Assembly (NCBI GenBank): GCA_046733215.1 | Contig: JBKPOS010000099.1 | Location: forward strand, 1,545 to 65,544 | Reading direction: 5' to 3' | Length of the DNA stretch: 64,000 nucleotides | From: Gemmatimonadota bacterium | GTDB lineage: Bacteria; Gemmatimonadota; Gemmatimonadetes; Gemmatimonadales; GWC2-71-9 | Shown: positions 52,282 through 61,461 of the stretch, piece by piece | How the letters are laid out: each line of letters opens with the position of its first letter | Position numbering within the stretch: the stretch's first letter is position 1 | The notes under the pieces: generated by a model | Seen by the model: only the letters and a program-made list of their open reading frames with translations | The model's database searches: none | What the model was told of the DNA's origin: nothing | Translations under genes and position numbers: made by a program

Positions 52282-52986
52282 TTGTTTGTGAAGTTGCTCC
52301 GCTCAGTTTGGGATTGGTCCAAGCCTGTCGTCCAGGCTCTGGTCATCTGGTTCCTGGTCACGACCTTTCTGGTCGAGCCCTTTCGAGTCTGGCCCACCGG
52401 CAGCATGAAGAACACCCTGCTGGTCAACGACTTCCTCTTCGTGAACAAGTTCCTCTATGGGGCCGAGCTGCCGCTGGCGAGCGCCCGCCTGCCCGCAGTG
52501 CGCGAGCCGGCTCACGGTGACATTGTCGTCGTACGTTCGGTGGAGGATCCGTCGCTGCGACTCGTCAAGCGGGTGATCGGGCTTCCGGGTGACACCGTGG
52601 CGATGGAGGCCGGCGTGCTGGTCCGCAACGGAATCCGGGTCTCGGAGCCATACGCCACACAGCCGGACCTGGGTAAGGGTGCGGACCTCGAGACGCAGAG
52701 AAAGATGCGCAGCTGGCAGCTCCGCTACTACGTCGGTGCGGATGCGATGCACTACGCGCCCGATCTCCACGATTGGGGCCCGTTGGTGGTTCCCCACGAC
52801 TCTCTTTTTCTATTGGGCGATAACCGGGATTCTTCCTACGACGGGCGGTACTACGGGTTCGTGCCGAGGGCAAACCTGCTGGGCCATCCGTTCGTGGTCT
52901 ACTTCAGTTACGATAACGACTCCTGGCACTCGCTTCCCTTCGTGACCGCGGTGCGCTGGAACAGGCTCTTTACTCAGCCTCGCTGA
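52282..52986 (+). CDS. lepB: Signal peptidase I
   Basis: WPTGSMKNTL (Ser nucleophile), RLVKRVIGLPGD (Lys) and LGDNRDSSYDGRYYGFV. The exact start is uncertain. Confidence 0.85.
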   Translation: MFVKLLRSVWDWSKPVVQALVIWFLVTTFLVEPFRVWPTGSMKNTLLVNDFLFVNKFLYGAELPLASARLPAVREPAHGDIVVVRSVEDPSLRLVKRVIGLPGDTVAMEAGVLVRNGIRVSEPYATQPDLGKGADLETQRKMRSWQLRYYVGADAMHYAPDLHDWGPLVVPHDSLFLLGDNRDSSYDGRYYGFVPRANLLGHPFVVYFSYDNDSWHSLPFVTAVRWNRLFTQPR

Positions 52987-54538
52987 CCACAGGCCTGTAC
53001 CCGGCGCCGAGCGACCGCAGGTCGCGGCCGCGCATTGTACCTGGACACGGCAGGTTGAGCATCGCGTAGACGGTGGGCGCCAGGTCGAGAATGTGGCCGT
53101 CCTCGATATTGGCCCTTGCCTCGAATCCTTCACCCACACCGATGAAGAATCCGTGCGGTCGGTGATTACCGCTTCGCCCGGTTGGGTTTCTGCCCGGCGT
53201 GGGCAGGTCGATCTGTCCGAACTGTGGCGACACAATGGCGCGCTGCCCCGCCACCGGACTCGGCGCCCATCCAACTAGGAGATCCGGCAATTCAGCCCGT
53301 CGCGGGCCGGATGGAAAGAGCCGATCGCTCCGGACAACCTCGCGCACCACCGGCTCGCCCGTGTCGGCGTCGCGAAACGTCAGCAATCCGTCCGTAATGC
53401 TGGAGCACAGCTCTTCGAACTCGGCGCCGGGCTGGACCACGCCGGCACCTTCTCTGCCTTTCAAGTTGATTCGTATGTACCCCTGGAGATCCGCTACCTG
53501 GCAGAACGCCCGCGTGCGTGACCATTTGGTTCCACCCAGGCGCCAAAAAGCGGTCAGGCGATCCTGGATCGCGACTGGGAGCCGATGTTTTACGGCATGA
53601 CGCCAGCGGTTCGGGATCCACCCTCGCAGGTGACGAAGAAGACTTTTGCGGGAAGGCAGCGGCGAGGATTCGCCGGTGATGATTCGCCGCAGCATCTCCG
53701 GAAGGATATCAATCCGGGTGGTCTCTACGCCCATGCCGTGCAGAGAGAACGCGATGATCTGGCTGTCTCCGGCCGCTGAAACGATGCGCCCCAGCGCCAC
53801 GTCGCACGCGATGTACACCTCGCGCAGCGCATCCCTGAAGGCCGATTCATCTGCCGAATCCGGCTGTTCCGCCAACCCCGTCTGGTCCCAGAGCTGGTGC
53901 CCGCACCGATGTGTCGCGCTGAACGCCGCCAGGAGCAGGTCCCAATGTTCCTTTCCCATCAGTCTCACGGCGAGCTTGCTCACCATGTGCACCGCGCGAA
54001 TCTGCTCGTCCCGAATTCCAAACGCACGCCGAATCGGCAGAGCCACATGCTCCTCGTCGGTCCTGGGAGAGGCACCTACCTCTTCTCTCACCCATCGCAT
54101 CACGTCCGTGGGATAAGCGCACGGGGGAACGAGCCCATCGTGAGAGGCCCATCCCGAGATCTCGACGCCATTGAATGGTTCGGCCGCGTACGTCATCGGT
54201 GGATCGACGGCGATGACGCGTGGACCGAGCCGGCTCAACTCCCGCCAGAATGGATCGAGCGGGAGGCGATCGGCCGACGCCCGTGCCGCCTGCATCCGAT
54301 CCGCTTGCCACTGCAGGTAATGGTAGAAGCCGTGATCGCTCGGAAGCGTGCCGGTGTAGAAGGTGGGCCAGGGAGAGCCCGCGAGCCAATCGGCTGACGA
54401 CTCAAGCCTGCCATAGGCTCCTCGGAGACGCAGCGCTCTCAGATTGGGCATCGATCCGTCGCCCATCCATTGCTCGATCAGGCGCGGCTCCGCCGCATCG
54501 AGCGCGATGAGAACCAGACGCCGCGTCGGTCCGCTCAT
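52970..54538 (-). CDS. Alkaline-phosphatase-superfamily protein, type I phosphodiesterase/nucleotide pyrophosphatase-like (paralog A)
   Basis: Start trimmed to ATG 54538. LVLIALDAAEP...MPNLRAL...LAGSPWPTFYTGTLPSDHG, FSLHGMG and RSGNHRPHG fit the metal-ligand/nucleophile pattern of the AlkP/NPP fold. It aligns full-length with the genes at 56154 and 57698. Confidence 0.7.
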   Translation of the reverse strand: MSGPTRRLVLIALDAAEPRLIEQWMGDGSMPNLRALRLRGAYGRLESSADWLAGSPWPTFYTGTLPSDHGFYHYLQWQADRMQAARASADRLPLDPFWRELSRLGPRVIAVDPPMTYAAEPFNGVEISGWASHDGLVPPCAYPTDVMRWVREEVGASPRTDEEHVALPIRRAFGIRDEQIRAVHMVSKLAVRLMGKEHWDLLLAAFSATHRCGHQLWDQTGLAEQPDSADESAFRDALREVYIACDVALGRIVSAAGDSQIIAFSLHGMGVETTRIDILPEMLRRIITGESSPLPSRKSLLRHLRGWIPNRWRHAVKHRLPVAIQDRLTAFWRLGGTKWSRTRAFCQVADLQGYIRINLKGREGAGVVQPGAEFEELCSSITDGLLTFRDADTGEPVVREVVRSDRLFPSGPRRAELPDLLVGWAPSPVAGQRAIVSPQFGQIDLPTPGRNPTGRSGNHRPHGFFIGVGEGFEARANIEDGHILDLAPTVYAMLNLPCPGTMRGRDLRSLGAGYRPVVSEAE

Positions 54539-54542
54539 AATA

Positions 54543-56150
54543 TCACCGACTGGCCGCGCCATCGGTCTGCTTGAGGTGATCGGCCAGGCGAATCGCGAGC
54601 GCCACGATTGTCAGCGTCGGGTTTGCAATGCCGCCCGTAGGAAAGACCGAGCCACCGGTGACGTACAGGTTCGCGAGGTCGTGTACACGGCAGTTCGCGT
54701 CCACCACGCCGTGGCGGGGATCGTCGTGCATCCGCGTCGCGCCCATGTGGTGCATGCCGCTCGAGATCGAGACCGGCCAGCCCTCCGCATCCACAGCCGG
54801 ATCCTCCACGAGTCTGCCGAGGCCGAGCCGCGCGAGCTCCCGACGCATGACCTCGTACAGCCGGCTGAGTCCGCGCTGGTCGTCCGAGTTGATGCGCCAA
54901 TCGACCCGGACGCGCGGCATGCCGAGGGCGTCGCGCTGGTCGCCGAGCGTCACCCGGCTCGCCGGGTTGGGCGTCGTCTCGATCACGGTTTTCAGCGCCA
55001 GCCGTGGGCGCGGGCGCACCATTTCGATCACCTTGCGAGCGAGCGTGGTTCCTACGGCGGGCAGTCCGGCGGCGACGTTGATCAGGTGCCGTCCCACTGA
55101 GCCGTCCACCAGATCCTGACCCTTCAGCACGTCGGCGAGCTGCGTGAATGACTTCACCCCGTCGGTGAAGTAGGCCGGCTGAACCTTGAAGTTGGGCCGC
55201 CGGACGAAGTACACAGCGCAGTCGTTCAGCGCTTCCGCGCGAATCGTACGCTCGGGCAACGCCAGCGCTGCATGGGCGCGCTGCTTCGAACCCACCTTGT
55301 CGTAGTCGATGACGTTCAGGGTCCGGTCGGCGTCCGGCCGGAACGGGTCGAACCAACCGTGGAAGAGGTAGGCATGTTCGGTGTAGAAGCGCCCCACCAG
55401 GTCGTAATGATTTCCCAGCCCGGCAACCGCGACCCGGTTCGAAGCCAGGAGCAACCGCGGGTTCTCCAGGCCGCCACAGGCGAGGACGTAGCGGTCGGCG
55501 ACGAAGCGTACCTCCTTGCCCGGCGCAGTCGCCACCCGGAGCCCGCTGACCCGACGCACGTCCGCGGCTGCTTCGATCTCGAGGACGTCGGCGTGCAGCC
55601 ACACATCGACGTTGCGCGCCGCCTCGAGCTCGTCGTGGTAGATCTTCCCGAAGTCGGTCGGATGGGCGAACTGGTAGATCCGCAAGTCGAGCGCGTGCGG
55701 ATCCACCGGGAGCGGCCGCGTTCCACCGGCGCCCCACGTCGAAGGAGAATAGTCGTAGGGCCCAAGGCGGCAGACCTCGTGCGCCCGGCGGTAGTAGGGC
55801 TCGATGGCATCCATCGAAAACGGCCAGCCGCTGTAGGGAACCCAGTCGCGCCTCTCGAAGTCGAGCCGCTCGAGCGGACGGCAGTGGCCGGTCCACCGCG
55901 TGGTCGAGCCCCCGTACATCCGGACGCGCGATCGGTACGGCGTATAGGCAGGCCTTCCTACGATGTCGCCCGCGTAGAGCTTCTGCGGCCCGCGTGCGAA
56001 TTCGAGGCCGCCGCTGGTGAGAAGCGCCACGCGCAGCTGCTGCCCTACTAGCTCGCGCGCAATCGCGATGCCCGAGGCGCCGGCGCCTACGATGCAGACA
56101 TCGGCCTGGATCTCCGCTCCCGCCTCGAGCCGACTCGCGTCGTGAAACAT
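54543..56150 (-). CDS. GMC-family FAD-dependent oxidoreductase
   Basis: DVCIVGAGASGIAIA (FAD GxGxxG). C-terminal HHMGATRMHDDPRHGVVDANCRVHDLANLYVTGGSVFPTGGIANPTLTIVALA. Confidence 0.85.
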   Translation of the reverse strand: MFHDASRLEAGAEIQADVCIVGAGASGIAIARELVGQQLRVALLTSGGLEFARGPQKLYAGDIVGRPAYTPYRSRVRMYGGSTTRWTGHCRPLERLDFERRDWVPYSGWPFSMDAIEPYYRRAHEVCRLGPYDYSPSTWGAGGTRPLPVDPHALDLRIYQFAHPTDFGKIYHDELEAARNVDVWLHADVLEIEAAADVRRVSGLRVATAPGKEVRFVADRYVLACGGLENPRLLLASNRVAVAGLGNHYDLVGRFYTEHAYLFHGWFDPFRPDADRTLNVIDYDKVGSKQRAHAALALPERTIRAEALNDCAVYFVRRPNFKVQPAYFTDGVKSFTQLADVLKGQDLVDGSVGRHLINVAAGLPAVGTTLARKVIEMVRPRPRLALKTVIETTPNPASRVTLGDQRDALGMPRVRVDWRINSDDQRGLSRLYEVMRRELARLGLGRLVEDPAVDAEGWPVSISSGMHHMGATRMHDDPRHGVVDANCRVHDLANLYVTGGSVFPTGGIANPTLTIVALAIRLADHLKQTDGAASR

Positions 56151-56153
56151 GGC

Positions 56154-57698
56154 TCAGACCGGACAGAGCGCCGCGATGGCGCTCCCGAGCGCCGACGCGG
56201 GTCGCGGCACGCCAAGGAGGTCGTGGATCGTGGCGTTGAGGTCCCAGACGGTGGCCGAGCCAAAGTCCGATGCCGGCCGGATGTGCTCTGCCGTTGCGAT
56301 CAACCAACCTTGTGGTCCGTGGTGACCGCTGCGGCCGTCGAGAGGGTAGCCGGGGCAAGGCCAGTCCAGACTGCCGAAGCGTGCAGAGACGATCTTGCGG
56401 TGGAAACGGGCAGGCGTGTCGTTCCAGCAGATGACCAGGTCGGGCAAGCCCACGTCGTAGCGGGCCTCCGGGTAGAGCTTGTCGCCGCGGCCGACGCGCG
56501 TGACGAGCGTCTCACCGGTGTCCGCGTCCTTGAAGCTCATCAGCCCCTCCGTGATCCGGTCGCAGAGGGTCTCGTATTCACGGCCGGGCTCGACGATCCC
56601 CTGCGCCTCCCGTCCCTTCAGGTTGACCTGCACGAGCGCCTGCAGGTCCCCCATCAGCGCGAAGGCAGGCGTCTTCGACCAGTCGCGGTTGTCCACCCTG
56701 CGCCAGAACCGGGAGAGTGTGTCCTGCACCACGACAGGCAGCCGTTGCTTGACCGACGTTCGCCACTCCACCGGCACGGCCGCACGCAGGCTGTGCAGCG
56801 GCGACCTCTGCTGCGGCGCCCGGCTCGCGAAGCCGAGCTCGTTGAGCACGAGTTCGAGCATACGCGGCACGAGATCGAAGCGACTGATGTTGTCGCCCAT
56901 CCCGTGCAGCGCGAAACACAGCACCGTCGCGTCCCGGCCCGCGGCCCTGACAATGCGCCCGACGGCCTGGTCGCACGCCACGTAGACGTCGCGAAGCGCA
57001 CGATCGTACTCGGTGGCCTGGTCCGACGTCATCGGATGCGCGCCGGACCGGTCCCAGAGCTTGTGGCCGCCTCGGTGTGCCGCGCCCATCCCGATGAGGA
57101 AGAAATCCCAGCGCTCGCGGGCCATTAGAGCTTCGCAGAGTGCCGCTTCCCTCCGGGTCGATTCGATCAACTGGTCGCGCAGCTTCAGAAGCGATTCAAC
57201 CTTCTGTACGCCCCCTTCTTCGATCCTGATCGGCTCCTTGCCGATCTCGCGGTTGACCCAGTTCAGCACCGTGGGAGGGTAGGACGCCGTAGGACCAACT
57301 TTGTCGTGCGTGCTCCAGGAGGTGATTTCGATGCCGTCCATCGGCTCCGGTGCGTAGGCGATGGGGATGTCGATCGCAATCACCCGTTTGCCGTGCTCAC
57401 CAAGGTGCCGATAGAAAGGCGACATCGGGAGCCACTCCGGGCCCGGACGCTCGTGGCGCATCTTTGCGGCGTGCCACTGGAGGTGGAACAGGAAGCCATG
57501 GTCGGGTGGATAGCTTCCCGTGTAGAAGCTCGGCCAGGGCGTCCCCGCTAGCCAATCGACCGTGGAGATGAGACGACCGTGGGCGCCCCGCTCGTATAGC
57601 TGCTTCAGGTTCGGCAGGATGCCGCCGCGCAACCACCCTTCGATCAGATCCCACGCCGAGGAGTCGATCCCGATGGCGAGCACGCGCTTGACACTCAT
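56154..57698 (-). CDS. Alkaline-phosphatase-superfamily protein (paralog B)
   Basis: VLAIGIDSSAW...LPNLKQL...LAGTPWPSFYTGSYPPDHG, FALHGMG and RSGHHGPQG. GAGGAGGAG RBS lies inside the end of paralog C. TAATG overlap. Confidence 0.7.
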   Translation of the reverse strand: MSVKRVLAIGIDSSAWDLIEGWLRGGILPNLKQLYERGAHGRLISTVDWLAGTPWPSFYTGSYPPDHGFLFHLQWHAAKMRHERPGPEWLPMSPFYRHLGEHGKRVIAIDIPIAYAPEPMDGIEITSWSTHDKVGPTASYPPTVLNWVNREIGKEPIRIEEGGVQKVESLLKLRDQLIESTRREAALCEALMARERWDFFLIGMGAAHRGGHKLWDRSGAHPMTSDQATEYDRALRDVYVACDQAVGRIVRAAGRDATVLCFALHGMGDNISRFDLVPRMLELVLNELGFASRAPQQRSPLHSLRAAVPVEWRTSVKQRLPVVVQDTLSRFWRRVDNRDWSKTPAFALMGDLQALVQVNLKGREAQGIVEPGREYETLCDRITEGLMSFKDADTGETLVTRVGRGDKLYPEARYDVGLPDLVICWNDTPARFHRKIVSARFGSLDWPCPGYPLDGRSGHHGPQGWLIATAEHIRPASDFGSATVWDLNATIHDLLGVPRPASALGSAIAALCPV

Positions 57699-59308
57699 TA
57701 ACTCCTCCTCGCGTGGTGCGAGGTGCGCGCGATTTCCCGGATGACTTCACCCGTCATGTAGCGGGGAATCTGCTCGCCGAGAAGCGCCAGGATCGTGGGT
57801 GGGAGGTCGAGGATGTGCGCCTCCGCAGCGACGCTCGAGCCGGGCGCGATCCCGTCGCCGACAGCAACGACGAACGCGTCGGCCGTATGATTGCCGCTCC
57901 GCGCGTTCGGGTTCTTTCCCGGCGTGGGCCACGGGATATGGCCGAAGCGCGGCGACTCGATCACCCTGGTGTTCGCGCATGGGCTCGGCGCCCACCGCAC
58001 AATCAGATCCGGAAGCGCGTCCCTGCGCCCCCCCGCCGGGAACAGCTCGTCGATGCGGCGGACCTCCTGGACGACCGGCTCACCGGTGTCCGAGTCCACG
58101 AAGCTGAGCAGTCCCTCGGTGACCTGGGTGCACACACGGTCGTATTCCTTACCCGGGTCCACGATTCCCTGGGCTTCCCGGCCGCGCAGGTTGATCCGGA
58201 CGTAGCCGTGCACGTCGGCGGTCATGCTGAACGCCTTCGTCCTGCTCCAGTCCGCGCGTCCCGCCCGCCAGAACAGGCTGAGTCGGTCCTGGATTGCCAT
58301 AGGAAGCCACCCCTTCATGACCTGGCGCCACGGGAGGGGGATCGCCCGGCGCAGCACGCTGGCCGCTCCCAGCTTCTCGTGGGCCGCCGCCGCCGAACGA
58401 TCGCCTGCGAGCACACGGGCGAGCATGGTTGGCAGCAGGTCGGTCCGGGACGTGTTGTGGGACATGCCGATCAGGCTGAACACGAGCGCCGGCGTGTCGT
58501 CCCCGGCTGCTTGCAGGACCGTCCCGACAGCACGATCCGTCGCCGCGTATACATCTCGTACCGCGTCTTGCATTGCACGATCGACTTCGGGACCGGTCTC
58601 TCCAGCCACGCTCCCCGCGCCCCACAACATGTGACCAGCCCGATGGGACGGACCGAAGACGGTCAGGAAGAGATCCCAGGGCTCGGTCGCCATGAGCTCG
58701 CAAGTCAGTCCGGCTGAGCGCTCCACGATCTCCACGAGCTGGTCCCGGATGTGGAGCAGCTCCACGAGCGGGCGGGGCGCGTAGCGCTCGTACGCCAGCC
58801 CTTCCCCGGCGCGGCGGAGCGACCGTCCATACGTCCGCCGCACGACGTCCTTCATCCTCTGAGGGTGCACGAACGGAGGGAAGATCAGCTCGCTCGTCGC
58901 CCAGCCGCACATCTCCACGCCCGGGTAGGACTCTGACTTCGGTGGCGGGGTATAGGGCGCGTCAAGAACCACCACCCGGGTGCCTCGCTGGGCCAGCTCG
59001 CGCCAGAACGGCTCCCGGATCATCCACCCCGGGTCGGGTCGCCTGATTCTCATCTCGTCGGCATGCCACTGGAGAAAGTGGTAGCAGCCGTGCTCGTTGG
59101 GAGGCGTGCCCATCGAGAAGCTCGACCAGTGCGAGCTGACCAGCCAATCCGACGTGGTCCTCAGGCGCCCGTACGCTCCCCGCTCACGCAGCCGGGCCAG
59201 GTTCGGCAACCACCCTTCACGCATGCCCTCCTCGACGAGAGCGGGGGCGGCTGAATCGAAGCCGATCAGGAGCAGACGGCGGCCGGAAGAGAGCGGTCTG
59301 GTGTTCAT
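57698..59308 (-). CDS. Alkaline-phosphatase-superfamily protein (paralog C, divergent at conserved positions)
   Basis: Start trimmed to ATG 59308 (ATGA overlap with the GT2 gene). LLLIGFDSAAP...LPNLARL...LVSSHWSSFSMGTPPNEHG, FSLIGMSH (His replaced) and RSGNHTADA. Confidence 0.7.
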   Translation of the reverse strand: MNTRPLSSGRRLLLIGFDSAAPALVEEGMREGWLPNLARLRERGAYGRLRTTSDWLVSSHWSSFSMGTPPNEHGCYHFLQWHADEMRIRRPDPGWMIREPFWRELAQRGTRVVVLDAPYTPPPKSESYPGVEMCGWATSELIFPPFVHPQRMKDVVRRTYGRSLRRAGEGLAYERYAPRPLVELLHIRDQLVEIVERSAGLTCELMATEPWDLFLTVFGPSHRAGHMLWGAGSVAGETGPEVDRAMQDAVRDVYAATDRAVGTVLQAAGDDTPALVFSLIGMSHNTSRTDLLPTMLARVLAGDRSAAAAHEKLGAASVLRRAIPLPWRQVMKGWLPMAIQDRLSLFWRAGRADWSRTKAFSMTADVHGYVRINLRGREAQGIVDPGKEYDRVCTQVTEGLLSFVDSDTGEPVVQEVRRIDELFPAGGRRDALPDLIVRWAPSPCANTRVIESPRFGHIPWPTPGKNPNARSGNHTADAFVVAVGDGIAPGSSVAAEAHILDLPPTILALLGEQIPRYMTGEVIREIARTSHHARRS

Positions 59309-60249
59309 GCCCCGACTCGGTCCACGTGGGCTGCGGCGCCCTCCAGCTCCGTTGGTGCGGCCGAGGCCCTGCAGCCGCGGCGAAAACCGAGCGCCCAGGC
59401 AATGAGACCCGACACGATCAGCGGGAGAAGGACGACCATTCGCGGCGCATTCGCGGGATCGAATCGGAGCGTCCGCCCCGCGACGTAGCTGAGCCGCTTG
59501 AGCACCACCGCCGGCAGCATTGCTGCCCGTGCACCCCAGCGTCTCTGGCGCTCGGTCAGGTGCAGTCCCAGTGAGCCGCGCGCGTAGCCGAACGTCGACT
59601 GATGCTTGAAGAACTCGCCCAGACCCGTGCGCCCGTCGTGGCTCACTCGCATCGCCAGCACGAAGCAAAGACCTTCCGGCCACCGACGCAGGAAGCGGTT
59701 GCAGAGCGACAGATCCTCCCCTACGCCCAGATCGGATTCCGGGAATCCTCCCACGGCCACGAACGCTTCACGCCGCACGGCCATGTTGCACGACGGGAAG
59801 TAGCGGGCGGACCCGCCCTCGCGACCGGGCCGGAAATCGGCAAACTGGAGCAGATTGTCCGCGACGGCGATCGGATGCCACGGCAGCGCGTCAAGCACGG
59901 GCCCTCCCACCATCACTGCCCCCCGGCGCAGCTCGTCGACGGCCGTGGCCACCCAGGTCTCCCCGGCCTGGCAGTCCGCGTCGATGAAGGCCACGTAATC
60001 GGCGCGGGACAAGCGAACGCCCAGATTGCGCGCAGGCCCGGCGCGCAGGTCGCCCTGGCTGCGCACTACGCGCACACCGGGAAAGCCGCTGGCGACCGAA
60101 GTTACGGCCGGATCCGACGCGCTGTCCACGACGACTGTCTCGTACGCAAAGCTCGTCACCTGACGGATCAGGCTCGCCAGGCAGCGCGAGAGCTCCTTCG
60201 CGTGACCCTTGCAGGGCACGATGACCGTCGCGAGCGGCGTGTCGCTCAT
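59305..60249 (-). CDS. Glycosyltransferase family 2
   Basis: ATG 60249. ATVIVPCKGHAKELSRCLASLIRQ...VVVDSASD...ARNLGVRLSRADYVAFIDADC (DxD). Confidence 0.8.
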   Translation of the reverse strand: MSDTPLATVIVPCKGHAKELSRCLASLIRQVTSFAYETVVVDSASDPAVTSVASGFPGVRVVRSQGDLRAGPARNLGVRLSRADYVAFIDADCQAGETWVATAVDELRRGAVMVGGPVLDALPWHPIAVADNLLQFADFRPGREGGSARYFPSCNMAVRREAFVAVGGFPESDLGVGEDLSLCNRFLRRWPEGLCFVLAMRVSHDGRTGLGEFFKHQSTFGYARGSLGLHLTERQRRWGARAAMLPAVVLKRLSYVAGRTLRFDPANAPRMVVLLPLIVSGLIAWALGFRRGCRASAAPTELEGAAAHVDRVGA

Positions 60250-60259
60250 CGGGTGCGGC

Positions 60260-61345
60260 TCACCCGACGGCATGGCGCGCGACCCGCCAGTACGCGTTGA
60301 GGACTGTCGAGAGCACCGACACTGCGGCGGCAAGTGTGCGCCGCCGAATCAGACCTGGCGTGAGCGGCAGGGGGCCGCCCGTAAGCAGGTCGCGGTCGTT
60401 CCGGACCCGCATCCGCTGAGCGGCTCGCCGCCGCCGCAGGATGTTCGGCAGGTTGCGAATCAGCCACCACCAGCCCTGGAGCCACTCGATGCCCCACCCT
60501 TGCAACAGGGCGAACCCCACCACCACCAGCTCGTACAGCGCGAGCACCGGCAGGAGAAGCAGTAGCGTCCAAAGCCTGTAGTGCATGAGGATCGTCAGCC
60601 AGCGGTTCCGCATGTGAAGGTAGGCACGCCGCGCCGGGTAGGAGCCGGTTCCCCGGTACGAAAGTCCCACGATTCCTTCACCTCGGTCGTGGAAGACGAG
60701 CGCCGCCGGCTCACAGACGAACTCGTGACCGAACGCCGTGAGGCGAAGCATGAACTCCAGGTCCTCGAAGTAGATGAAGTATGCTTCGTCAAAGCCTCCT
60801 GCATCTAGCACGCGCCGACGGTCGAGCAGGTAACATGCGCCGATGCAGCCGGGGACTTTGGCGCGCTCGGCAGTCAGCTCGTTAACGGGCCGGTAGCCGT
60901 GGAGCAGGGTCATCGTGCCGATGAAGTGCGGGGCCGCCCCGTCGGTCTGGACCACGTCCCGCTCGGGAATGAGGCGGATGCGCGGGCAGATCACCGTCGC
61001 GCCGGTCTCGGCCCGAGCCGCGAGCAGTCGGCCGAGTGTATCAGGCTCGAGATACACGTCGCTGTCCGCGAGCAGCACGAAGTCGGAAGTCACCGCCTCC
61101 AAGCCGATGTTGCGCGCGGCGGGGAGCCCACGGTTCTCACCCACCTCGATCACTTCGACGTGCGGGAGAAGGGTCCGAATCCGCTCGCGGCTCCCGTCGT
61201 CGGAGCCATTATCGACGACGACGATGCGCTCGGGTGGCGTGGTTTGCCGACTGAGCGCCTCGAGGCACCGGATCGTGCGGTCGCCGCCATTGTAGTTGAC
61301 AACCACGGCGCTGACCGACGTCGCTGTAGACGAACCGTCGCTCAC
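60260..61345 (-). CDS. Glycosyltransferase family 2 with C-terminal membrane segments
   Basis: GTG 61345 (GAGGA 5 nt upstream). VSAVVVNYNGGDRTIRCLEALSRQ...VVVDNGSDDGS...NRGLPAARNIGL...LADSDV. Hydrophobic tail LWTLLLLLPVLALYELVVVGFALL. The longer ORF to 62248 overlaps the epimerase gene. Confidence 0.75.
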   Translation of the reverse strand: MSDGSSTATSVSAVVVNYNGGDRTIRCLEALSRQTTPPERIVVVDNGSDDGSRERIRTLLPHVEVIEVGENRGLPAARNIGLEAVTSDFVLLADSDVYLEPDTLGRLLAARAETGATVICPRIRLIPERDVVQTDGAAPHFIGTMTLLHGYRPVNELTAERAKVPGCIGACYLLDRRRVLDAGGFDEAYFIYFEDLEFMLRLTAFGHEFVCEPAALVFHDRGEGIVGLSYRGTGSYPARRAYLHMRNRWLTILMHYRLWTLLLLLPVLALYELVVVGFALLQGWGIEWLQGWWWLIRNLPNILRRRRAAQRMRVRNDRDLLTGGPLPLTPGLIRRRTLAAAVSVLSTVLNAYWRVARHAVG

Positions 61346-61461
61346 ACCAATCCTCGGCCGACTCTTCCTTCGGGATGCATCGGTTGAACCAGGAAGGTGC
61401 TCACATAGAGGGGTAAGAATACCACGCGAGTCGGGCGGACTGCAAAACGGCAGATCCCAGG

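Noticed and set aside
54535-56358. 607-aa minus-strand ORF spanning the GMC oxidoreductase gene and the end of AlkP paralog B
   Set aside because: It is an alternative frame of well-supported genes. The product is Arg/Pro/Gly/Ala-rich low-complexity sequence with no motifs, which is the typical shadow ORF of high-GC DNA.
59309-59683. Long N-terminal extensions of the ORF-track entries for the glycan-operon genes (57698..59683, 59305..60333, 60260..62248, 62462..63796)
   Set aside because: The extensions overlap the upstream genes in other frames and are Arg/Pro-rich. Homology-like sequence starts at internal ATG/GTG codons that form ATGA/TAATG couplings or have RBSs.
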